Assembly: GCA_013152105.1 (NCBI GenBank)
Contig: JAADHA010000514.1
Span: 1 to 24,279 of the forward strand
Direction: 5' to 3'
DNA: 24,279 bases
Source: Oligoflexia bacterium
Lineage (GTDB): Bacteria; Myxococcota_A; UBA796; UBA2385
The position numbers and the translations under genes were made by a program. Under the pieces are notes generated by a model that was not told the DNA's origin, ran no database searches, and saw only the letters and a program-made list of their open reading frames with translations. Below, piece by piece: positions 1-6,681 of the stretch (position 1 is its first letter; each line of letters begins with the position of its first letter).

Positions 1-183
1 GTCACCTTCACCGTTGGCAAGTCCACCTTCCACGCCCGAGTGGTCGAGGATCGTGGTACCCTCGGCGTCGGTGGTCGCCAGATCGTGCGCATCGAGATTC
101 TGTCCGACGACGACATCGATGAAGAGCCACGGCGGTTCGAAATGCCCGCCGAGGAGCTGAAGCGCGACCAGACGGCCGCCTGA
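1..183 (+). CDS. Small hypothetical protein, 5'-partial (beta-rich, possibly SH3/KOW-like)
   Basis: Frame 1 is open from base 1 to TGA at 181-183: VTFTVGKSTFHARVVEDRGTLGVGGRQIVRIEILSDDDIDEEPRRFEMPAEELKRDQTAA. Third codon positions are strongly G/C. Not in the ORF track because the start lies outside the window. The fold is an inference from the alternating beta-strand pattern. Confidence 0.65.
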   Translation, partial: VTFTVGKSTFHARVVEDRGTLGVGGRQIVRIEILSDDDIDEEPRRFEMPAEELKRDQTAA

Positions 184-323
184 TGCCGCCGCTCGGAAGT
201 CCTCGACCACCTTGACCTGCGGAGCAAGCCTGACCGCGCGCAGGAGCCGCCCGAAGAGCACAGATTTGTAGATGGACGAGGGCTTCCTCTAGCAGGCGAA
301 GCCTTCTCGATAGCACGCCTTGC

Positions 324-1310
324 TCAGGGCAACCGGATGCCGGCCTTGTCGGCGATGGCCCGGGTCAACTGACGAAAGTCCTCGCCACACTTCCGAGCGG
401 CAGCGCCGCGGGAGCCAAGCGCGCCGTCGGCCGGCTTGAGGTGGAAGATGGGCTTGCGGGCCTCTATTGCCATGGGCATCAGGCTGCGGTAGTGCTTGAG
501 CTGGGCGAGGCAGTGGGGGTCCTTGTCGACTTTCACCACGTCCGCCGAAGGCTCGTCCAGCACAGAGCCCCGATACTCCGACGGGATCCTGGCCATCCAC
601 TTCGCATTGGCTCGCATCGGTCGATCCAGTCGCACGTTGTGCTGGAGGACGACATACCCGGCGGGTGCCATCGCCCCGGTTGGGAGATCCAGGTCTCGTG
701 GTGCCTTTTGGCGGCGTTCAGCCCAGCCCTCTCGCCAGTCGCGCAGGGCGGGGCCAAGGTTACGCAGCCCTTGGAGCGAGAACAGGTCCGGTGCGAGGGG
801 CATGACCACGTGGTCGGTTCCAAGCAGGGCCGCGCGCTTGATGGCGCCCAGGTTTGGACCCACATCGATGAGCACGATCTCGGTACCACGTGCCTCGGCC
901 GCCATGAGCATCATCCGGTAGAAGGCCGTCAGCATTCGGAAGGCGGCTTCGTCCTGGTCGAGGCAGCGGTGCCAGTCCTGGGAGAGGCGATCCTCGATGC
1001 GGGAGAGACCCAGGTCTCCCACGACCAGGCCGATGGCGTCGCTGATCTCCTCGACATGGGGCTGGCGCACATCGCCAAGCCCCCGCAGAATCGGCCCGAC
1101 CGCACCGAGCACAGTGTCGACGTGATCGTCGTCCGGCCACAGCTTCGCCAAGCGCTCTTCTTCCAGGAACATCGACGTGAGGTTGGCCTGGGGATCGAGA
1201 TCGGCGACCACGACATCGACCCCGAGGTCGGCCAGTGTCCAGGCCACGTGGTAGACCAGGGTGCTCTTGCCCACGCCGCCCTTGTTGTTGAAGAAGGCGA
1301 TGGTGTTCAT
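324..1310 (-). CDS. ParA/MinD-family ATPase (328 aa)
   Basis: Deviant Walker A NNKGGVGKST, ADLDPQANLT motif, Walker B IVLIDVGP and PLAPDLFSLQGL. The C-terminus HYRSLMPMAIEARKPIFHL is typical of the non-partitioning ParA subfamily. The ATG overlaps the upstream stop (ATGA at 1310-1307). Confidence 0.92.
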   Translation of the reverse strand: MNTIAFFNNKGGVGKSTLVYHVAWTLADLGVDVVVADLDPQANLTSMFLEEERLAKLWPDDDHVDTVLGAVGPILRGLGDVRQPHVEEISDAIGLVVGDLGLSRIEDRLSQDWHRCLDQDEAAFRMLTAFYRMMLMAAEARGTEIVLIDVGPNLGAIKRAALLGTDHVVMPLAPDLFSLQGLRNLGPALRDWREGWAERRQKAPRDLDLPTGAMAPAGYVVLQHNVRLDRPMRANAKWMARIPSEYRGSVLDEPSADVVKVDKDPHCLAQLKHYRSLMPMAIEARKPIFHLKPADGALGSRGAAARKCGEDFRQLTRAIADKAGIRLP

Positions 1311-2065
1311 GATCTCCGCCTGACGGTGACGAGCGTGGCGCTTTGCGAGAGCGAGAACTCCGGTGGAGGGTTGCCGTTGTCTCGCAGCAGTCGCCTGGAG
1401 AGGGGGATCCCGTAGCCGAAGCGCTGGACGTAGCCGAGGTTGGCCATGGCTTCCGCCACCAGGGGGTTGCGATAGTCGGTCGCGCCACTGCCGAAGTTGT
1501 CCAGAGTCACCTGCCCGAAGGGGCCGCCGGGGTTGTGGATCTCGACGCGATCATCGAACCAGTAGATGCGAACGGGGGCGTTGCTGGTCTCGTAGTTGCG
1601 ATGGATCAGGGCGTTGCGGGCGAGCTGCTGCAAGGCCGCCAGGGGGTAGTCGCGGACGCGTGACTCGGTCGCCCCGCCTGCGATGTCGACGGCGGTGGAG
1701 ACATTGAGCTTCAGCAGGCCGTCGAGCCGATGAACGACTTCGTACAGCGGACCGGACAGATCGTGGTCGTCCTTGATGGGGTCGCCCAGCTCGGTGCCGT
1801 CGATGCGCAGGAACACCAGGTACGCGCCGGGGACGAAGCTCCTCGGGTCCTTCCCCAGGACCAGGATGGCACCGTAGGTAGGCAGATAGCCAGACAGCAA
1901 GCGCAGGGACTCAAGGCGTTCCTGGACGGTTCGTTGGTTGTGACGGAGCACATCCGCATCGACTGCCGCGGGGAGGTAATTGCTCTTGAAGTAGGCAAGG
2001 TCGAGATCGTCCAGGCCCGAGCCGTCGGCTGGACGCCGGTCGAAGGGCTGGCTTCGGTGACTCAT
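1307..2065 (-). CDS. RecG-C/HATPase_c_4-type ATP-binding protein lacking the N-terminal Schlafen/AlbA_2 domain (252 aa)
   Basis: Motifs YPLAALQQLARNALIHRNY, RVEIHNPGG, YRNPLVAEAM and GYVQRFGYG. ATG at 2065 has GAGGAG just upstream. It begins at the PFD..P...LDDLD segment that normally follows the AlbA_2 domain. It could be a truncated remnant. Confidence 0.8.
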   Translation of the reverse strand: MSHRSQPFDRRPADGSGLDDLDLAYFKSNYLPAAVDADVLRHNQRTVQERLESLRLLSGYLPTYGAILVLGKDPRSFVPGAYLVFLRIDGTELGDPIKDDHDLSGPLYEVVHRLDGLLKLNVSTAVDIAGGATESRVRDYPLAALQQLARNALIHRNYETSNAPVRIYWFDDRVEIHNPGGPFGQVTLDNFGSGATDYRNPLVAEAMANLGYVQRFGYGIPLSRRLLRDNGNPPPEFSLSQSATLVTVRRRS

Positions 2066-2143
2066 GCCGGTGCTCCTCTCTTCCTGCTTGCCCTGCGGCG
2101 CCGGCCCGCAGCCCCAGATCCCCATGAGCCCCCCACCCGAGCG

Positions 2144-4228
2144 TCAGTGACCGGGGGCCAGCGTGGTCTCGAAGGTCCAGTAGTCGGCGGGATCACTCAG
2201 CGCGAAGGTCATCGTGTGCAGCCCGCGAGAGATGCAGCCCAGAAAGTCGGGGTCTACATCGGCTGGTTCCAGTGCGGTGAGGCCCTGAACATGACCGCTG
2301 AAGCCCACGAATGCCCGCAGCTTGATGCTGCTTGGTGCGTCTGCATGGGCGGTGAAGCAGGTGTCGAACATGGCGCGCGAGACTTGGAGTTGTTCCTGGA
2401 CAGCGGCCGCCGAGAGGGTGACGCCTTCTTGGCTCTTCGTGGGCTGGAAGAGGGGCTGGTCCAGTTCAAGGTGGGGCTGTACAGAAATGGGGTGATCTGG
2501 CTTTGGGTCCACCACGTCCTGGAAGGGCTGGAAGCCGTCGAGGGACACGGTGAGCCGCACGGGACCGGGTGGGAGCTGGTCGCCCTGGAAGGTGTGCGGG
2601 CCGACTCCGACCAGGACATCGTTGAGGTACACGACGGCCGTCGGTGGATCGGGGTCCACCTGAAGGAGTCGTTGGCTGGAATTGGGTTGGGTGCTGACTT
2701 GGTAGGCCAGCCGCCCGGCTCCCCAGAGCGTGAGCGCGCCCACCGCCACCAGGCCGGCGATGAGCAGGACCCGTGGAACCCGCTCGCGCTCGACATCCAA
2801 GGTGACGGTCACTCGCGGACCATGGGATGGCACGATTGTCACGATGCTGCTGCCGCGTTGGCGGGGCATCCGATCTGGATGAACGGTCGCCGTGATCTGG
2901 TGCTGGGTCTGTCCGGCGTCCAGCCGCTCGGGATTGACGGTGACCCAGTCGCGATCCGCCATGATGCGGCCGGTGGTGGGCCCGGTTCCGACCTGCTTGA
3001 GTCGAATGGTGACGGAGCGGTTTCGCCTGCCGACGCGTAGGCTGTACTGGTTGGGAGTGAGCAGTTCGACGCAAGTTCCACTGCGCTGTGAGCCGAGAGA
3101 CAGGGTCTTACCGGTGATACGCTCGGGCGGTCGAGGAATGCTCAGCACCGAGGGTTTTGGCGGTGTGGACCCGGGATTGGACCGGATGGCGGCCATGAGG
3201 TGGGACGCGGGGACCGGTGGGATCGTGCCAGGTGGCTGTGTGACGGGACGTTTGCCAGGTGATGGTCGTCTGGGCTGGGACTGTGGTGGAGCGGAGATCG
3301 TGCGTGCACCGGGGGGGGCGCTGCTACCCGAGCGCTCGAGTCTGATGGGTGGGAGGGTCCCGGGCGGTTCGGTCGTGTCGCGCCGCTTCTTGTCCTTTGC
3401 AGATGAACTTCCGCCAAAGGAGACAAAATTGAGACTGGGCAGCGAGGGCTCCTGGTCCGCGCTGGCCTGGCTCGGCTCGTTGGTGGGCGGTCGCAGGAAG
3501 CCGTCGGTAGGGTCCAAATCAAAGGCAGAGGCAGCAGGAAAATGGGCCCGGTACTTGTCGTCATAGGCGGCACGCCGAGTCGGGTCCTTCAGGTCTCGGA
3601 GCGCTGCGTCGATGCGGGAATACTCGTCTCGCGATCGTCGCGTGTCGGACAAGGTGCGTGCCCAGCGGTACTTTTCTCGGTACGCGTGGTCGATCTCGTC
3701 TGGTGTGGCGGAGATCGGGACTCCCAGGACCAGGTAGTGGTTGGGGAAGTCGTCGGGGGGCGCACTGCCGCTGGCTGCACCGCCGCTGGTGTCGATGCCG
3801 TGTTCCTTGGCGAGGGACTGGATTTGCTGGCGCACGGCGCTTTCCTTCAAGCCGAGCTTCTTGCCCTGAGCGAGGATGGCGGCTTCGCCGGCTGGGGTGA
3901 GCGAGCCGCTGGCCAGCGTGCCCCGGATGAAGAGAGACAGGACCTCGAGACCGCGGGTCTGCTCGTGGTCGGCGAGATAGTCGATATACTGCTGGCGCGC
4001 GTCCATCAGCGATCCGCGCAGCAGGCGGATGTTCTTGATCACCCAGATCGCTTCGCCACGGTACTTGGGATTGGCTTGTTGGCCCTGGGCCCAGGCGCGG
4101 CGGCTCTTGATCGCTTGTTCGGCTTCGCCCGCAGGAGCCTGTGGGTCGAACGACAGGTAGTCGAACAACGAGGTCTTTCCCACTGTCGTGAGGAAGCGGG
4201 TGATTTCTTCGAAGTCGCGCTCGTTCAT
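2144..4228 (-). CDS. Single-pass membrane protein: J-like domain, TerB-like helical segment, J-like domain, Pro-rich linker, Ig/BACON-like domain, TM helix, PEGA, AgmX/PglI (TonB-C-like) C-terminal domain
   Basis: The J fold is clear at 3742-3551 (NHYLVLGVPISATPDEIDHAY...DLKDPTRRAAYDDKY) but has no HPD. TM helix VLLIAGLVAVGALTLWGAG at ~2770-2714 is preceded by RERVPR. PEGA pattern LQVDPDPPTAVVYLNDVLVG..P...L.PG...L.V...GF. C-terminal VQEQLQVSRAMFDTCF...F.GCI..L..M.F. Start is ATG 4228 or TTG 4264 (ORF track). Confidence 0.8.
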   Translation of the reverse strand: MNERDFEEITRFLTTVGKTSLFDYLSFDPQAPAGEAEQAIKSRRAWAQGQQANPKYRGEAIWVIKNIRLLRGSLMDARQQYIDYLADHEQTRGLEVLSLFIRGTLASGSLTPAGEAAILAQGKKLGLKESAVRQQIQSLAKEHGIDTSGGAASGSAPPDDFPNHYLVLGVPISATPDEIDHAYREKYRWARTLSDTRRSRDEYSRIDAALRDLKDPTRRAAYDDKYRAHFPAASAFDLDPTDGFLRPPTNEPSQASADQEPSLPSLNFVSFGGSSSAKDKKRRDTTEPPGTLPPIRLERSGSSAPPGARTISAPPQSQPRRPSPGKRPVTQPPGTIPPVPASHLMAAIRSNPGSTPPKPSVLSIPRPPERITGKTLSLGSQRSGTCVELLTPNQYSLRVGRRNRSVTIRLKQVGTGPTTGRIMADRDWVTVNPERLDAGQTQHQITATVHPDRMPRQRGSSIVTIVPSHGPRVTVTLDVERERVPRVLLIAGLVAVGALTLWGAGRLAYQVSTQPNSSQRLLQVDPDPPTAVVYLNDVLVGVGPHTFQGDQLPPGPVRLTVSLDGFQPFQDVVDPKPDHPISVQPHLELDQPLFQPTKSQEGVTLSAAAVQEQLQVSRAMFDTCFTAHADAPSSIKLRAFVGFSGHVQGLTALEPADVDPDFLGCISRGLHTMTFALSDPADYWTFETTLAPGH

Positions 4229-4267
4229 GTCCGCCAGCGGCGTCGCCTGGTTCACGTTGGCCAAGGC

Positions 4268-4300
4268 GTTTGTACCGCCCGAGCAGGGGGGCGGTCAAAC
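4268..4300 (-). promoter_or_regulatory. Intergenic 12-bp hairpin/inverted repeat containing a possible TTGACC-N18-TACAAA promoter
   Basis: Minus strand reads GTTTG-ACCGCCC-(CCCTGCTC)-GGGCGGT-A-CAAAC: 7 bp plus 5 bp with a one-base bulge and no U-tract. The -35-like hexamer is at 4298-4293 and the -10-like hexamer at 4274-4269. Function is inferred. Confidence 0.35.
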
Positions 4301-4330
4301 TTGTAAAGACCGTCCTGTGCGAGCGTGACC

Positions 4331-6112
4331 TTAACTGACTTGGGCCCGGTTCACGTTCTCGAAAGCGCGGGACAGATCGTCCTGTCCGAGGCCGCCGCGG
4401 AGGCTGATCTCGGCGCTACGCGTGGCCTGTGTCTCGACATCGACGACGTCGACTTCCAGGATCTGATTGACGCCGTATCGATAGCTGACCTCGATGACCG
4501 TGCCCCGAGGCCGGGGTGGCAGCTTGTCGAGGATCACCTCGCCGATGACCTTGACTTCGGCGCGTGAGCCGCCTTCACCCTCGGTTACTTCGACGCGCAC
4601 GGCGGTCATATTGTCGTAGGCATAGGCGAAGCGACCGTGTTTCTCGCAGGGAAGCGGGGTCGCCGATGGGATGATCGGCACCACGCGTTCGCGGAGCTGC
4701 TTGTCCAGGACGACGATACCCAGCGTGTGGCTGGTGATATCCGTGACCTTTACGTTCGGGATTCCGACGGTGGTGCGGCCGATTTCGTTGGTGAACGGGT
4801 TGGAGGCTGACCGCCCATGCCTGGAGCGTTCCGGAGCGGGTTCCAGCGTGGGCGTCAGGTCGTGTTCGAGGTGGCTGGGTTCGGTTGGCGCGGGTACCGG
4901 CAGGGGTGCCGGTAGGGGTGCCGGTAGGGGTGCCGGCAGGGGTGCCGGTCGGGGTGCCGGCGCGTCCTGGCTTGGAGAGGCTGCGCGCCTGCGCCCGACC
5001 GCGCGATGGGCCAGCGCTTGCCGATGGGCGAGCAGCGCCGGGTGCGAGGGGCGGTGTCGCAGCACGCCTGCCAGGGCAGCGCCCAGCGCCACGCACTCGT
5101 CGGGGTTGACGCCCAGGGCCGCTTCCTGACCCGACATTGTACGCAGCCGCTGACTGATCATCGGCATGCGTGTCGAGCCCCCCACCAGCAGGACCTCGTC
5201 CAGATCCCCCCACCCGACGCCGGAACGCTTGAGCACCAGATCGCAGGTCTCCGCACACTGCTCGACCAGGTCTGCCGTCATCGCCTCGAACTCTTCCCGC
5301 ATGACGCTGACCACCATGCGGTTCCCCTTGTAGGTGACGGGGATCACGGCCCGCTCGCGGCTCGACAGGGAGATCTTGGCGTGCAGACAGCGTTCGTAGA
5401 GTTCCTGGTAGCGGTGTGGGTCATCGCGCGGATCAGAGCCGAACTTGCTGACGAATTCCTCGGAGACGTGGTTCACCAGCCGGTCGTCCCAGTCCTTTCC
5501 CCCCAGCTCGGCGTTGCCATCGCTGGCTACGGTGCGAAACGACACGCCCGTGATCTCCATCAGCGTCACGTCAAAGGTGCCTCCGCCCAGGTCGAAGACC
5601 ATCAGGCGGCGGTCCTGGCCCAGCCGCTCGATGCCGTAGGCGATCGCGGCCGTGGTCGGCTCGTTGATGATGGACAGCACATTGAGGCCAGCGAGCTTCC
5701 CGGCTTCGGCGGTGGCACCGCGCTGGGCGCTGTTGAAGTAGGCGGGCACCGTGACCACCGCGTCGCAGACGGCTTTTCCGAGCGCTTCTTCAGCGTCTTC
5801 CTTCATCTTTCGCAAGATGATGGCCGAGAGTTCTTGGGGGGTGTAGGTCCTGCCGAAGAACTCCAAGGAGAAGTCGGGTTCGCCCATGGTGCGCTTGATG
5901 AAGCGCACGACATTGGTCGGATCGACGACCACCATCTTGACCGCTTCTTCGCCGACAACACAAGCGTCGCGATGGTAGAAGTGAATCACCGAGGGCGTGG
6001 TCGGGTGACCGTCGGCGTTGGGGACGATCACCGGCTTGCCGAAGCGATCGACAATTGCCATGGCCGAGAAGGTCGTGCCAAGGTCGATGCCCATGACCAG
6101 ATCGCTGTTCAT
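4331..6112 (-). CDS. Hsp70-family protein, lidless, with ~100 aa Pro-rich insertion before the interdomain linker (593 aa)
   Basis: GIDLGTT, TVPAYF, INEPTTAAIAYG, VFDLGGGTFDV, LVGGSTRMP and NPDECVALGAAL are present. The SBD-beta runs DITSHTLG...LPPRPRG...YRYGVNQILEV. The protein ends about 20 aa later. ATG 6112 lies 13 nt after the grpE stop. Confidence 0.93.
   Translation of the reverse strand: MNSDLVMGIDLGTTFSAMAIVDRFGKPVIVPNADGHPTTPSVIHFYHRDACVVGEEAVKMVVVDPTNVVRFIKRTMGEPDFSLEFFGRTYTPQELSAIILRKMKEDAEEALGKAVCDAVVTVPAYFNSAQRGATAEAGKLAGLNVLSIINEPTTAAIAYGIERLGQDRRLMVFDLGGGTFDVTLMEITGVSFRTVASDGNAELGGKDWDDRLVNHVSEEFVSKFGSDPRDDPHRYQELYERCLHAKISLSSRERAVIPVTYKGNRMVVSVMREEFEAMTADLVEQCAETCDLVLKRSGVGWGDLDEVLLVGGSTRMPMISQRLRTMSGQEAALGVNPDECVALGAALAGVLRHRPSHPALLAHRQALAHRAVGRRRAASPSQDAPAPRPAPLPAPLPAPLPAPLPVPAPTEPSHLEHDLTPTLEPAPERSRHGRSASNPFTNEIGRTTVGIPNVKVTDITSHTLGIVVLDKQLRERVVPIIPSATPLPCEKHGRFAYAYDNMTAVRVEVTEGEGGSRAEVKVIGEVILDKLPPRPRGTVIEVSYRYGVNQILEVDVVDVETQATRSAEISLRGGLGQDDLSRAFENVNRAQVS
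4897..4960. repeat. 12-bp tandem repeat, about 5 copies, in frame (PAPL units)
   Basis: Units CCGGYAGGGGTG start at 4897, 4909, 4921 and 4933, CCGGTCGGGGTG at 4945, plus a partial CCGG. They encode PAPRPAPLPAPLPAPLPAPLP. Confidence 0.9.
5082..5109. repeat. 28-bp perfect direct repeat shared by the two Hsp70 genes (other copy 7658-7685)
   Basis: CCCAGCGCCACGCACTCGTCGGGGTTGA is identical at 5082-5109 and 7658-7685, encoding NPDECVALG. Confidence 0.85.
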
Positions 6113-6125
6113 GGGCGGTCCGTCT

Positions 6126-6671
6126 TCACTTGCCACCCGACGTCTCCGAGCCAGTAGCGCGACCAGGCTCGAAGCGATTGATCACGACTTCTTCGGGTCG
6201 CAGGATCCGCTCGCCCCGGGTGAAGCCCCGCTTCAGGACCTGGCGCACGACATAGTCCTTGAGCTTGTCGTTGGCGTAGACGACCTTGATGGCCTTTTGG
6301 GTCTCGCGATCGAACTTGTCCTTGCTCTCCATGGGCAGGACGTCTCGGCGGTAGAGCAGCTCGAGGAACTCGTCGATCAGGTACTGAAAGCTGTCCGCGA
6401 TCACCTCGGCGCTCATCTCTTGCTTTACCAGGCTTTGCTGGAACCAGTTGAGGCTGTCGTAGAACAACAGCAGGTCGAGCAAGAGCGGCTTCTCCATCTG
6501 GTAGATGAAGTCGTCCTTGTACTGCCGAAGCTCTTCGTAGAGGGCATCAAAGGCACGCTGCTGGACATCGTCGCGCTTGGCCTGCTGGTCGACGAAGTCG
6601 CGCAGGCTGTCGACTTCGTCGCTCTGGACGTCGATCGAGTAGTCCTGCTCAGGTGTCTGGTTGTCTGCCAC
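6126..6671 (-). CDS. grpE: GrpE-family nucleotide exchange factor (181 aa)
   Basis: Coiled-coil N-terminus, KPLLLDLLLFYDSL, KFDRETQKAIKVV and the C-terminal VRQVLKRGFTRGERILRPEEVVI. GTG start with AGGAG overlapping the upstream TAG stop. Confidence 0.85.
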   Translation of the reverse strand: MADNQTPEQDYSIDVQSDEVDSLRDFVDQQAKRDDVQQRAFDALYEELRQYKDDFIYQMEKPLLLDLLLFYDSLNWFQQSLVKQEMSAEVIADSFQYLIDEFLELLYRRDVLPMESKDKFDRETQKAIKVVYANDKLKDYVVRQVLKRGFTRGERILRPEEVVINRFEPGRATGSETSGGK

Positions 6672-6681
6672 GGGCTGACTC

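Noticed and set aside
278-306. 9-bp stem-loop between convergent genes as a rho-independent terminator
   Set aside because: It has an 11-nt loop and no U-tract on either strand, so it is not supportable as an intrinsic terminator.
2873-2881. HPD tripeptide (VHPDRM) in the J-like membrane protein
   Set aside because: It lies in the beta-rich Ig/BACON-like domain, more than 200 residues from the J-like helices, so it is not a J-domain HPD.
1730-3040. 436-aa plus-strand ORF, and other long antisense ORFs (5006-6157 +, 7981-8748 +, 14216-15778 -, 19511-21223 -, 22234-23349 -)
   Set aside because: They lie opposite genes with clear family motifs, have no recognisable motifs of their own, and are the shadow ORFs expected in high-GC DNA.
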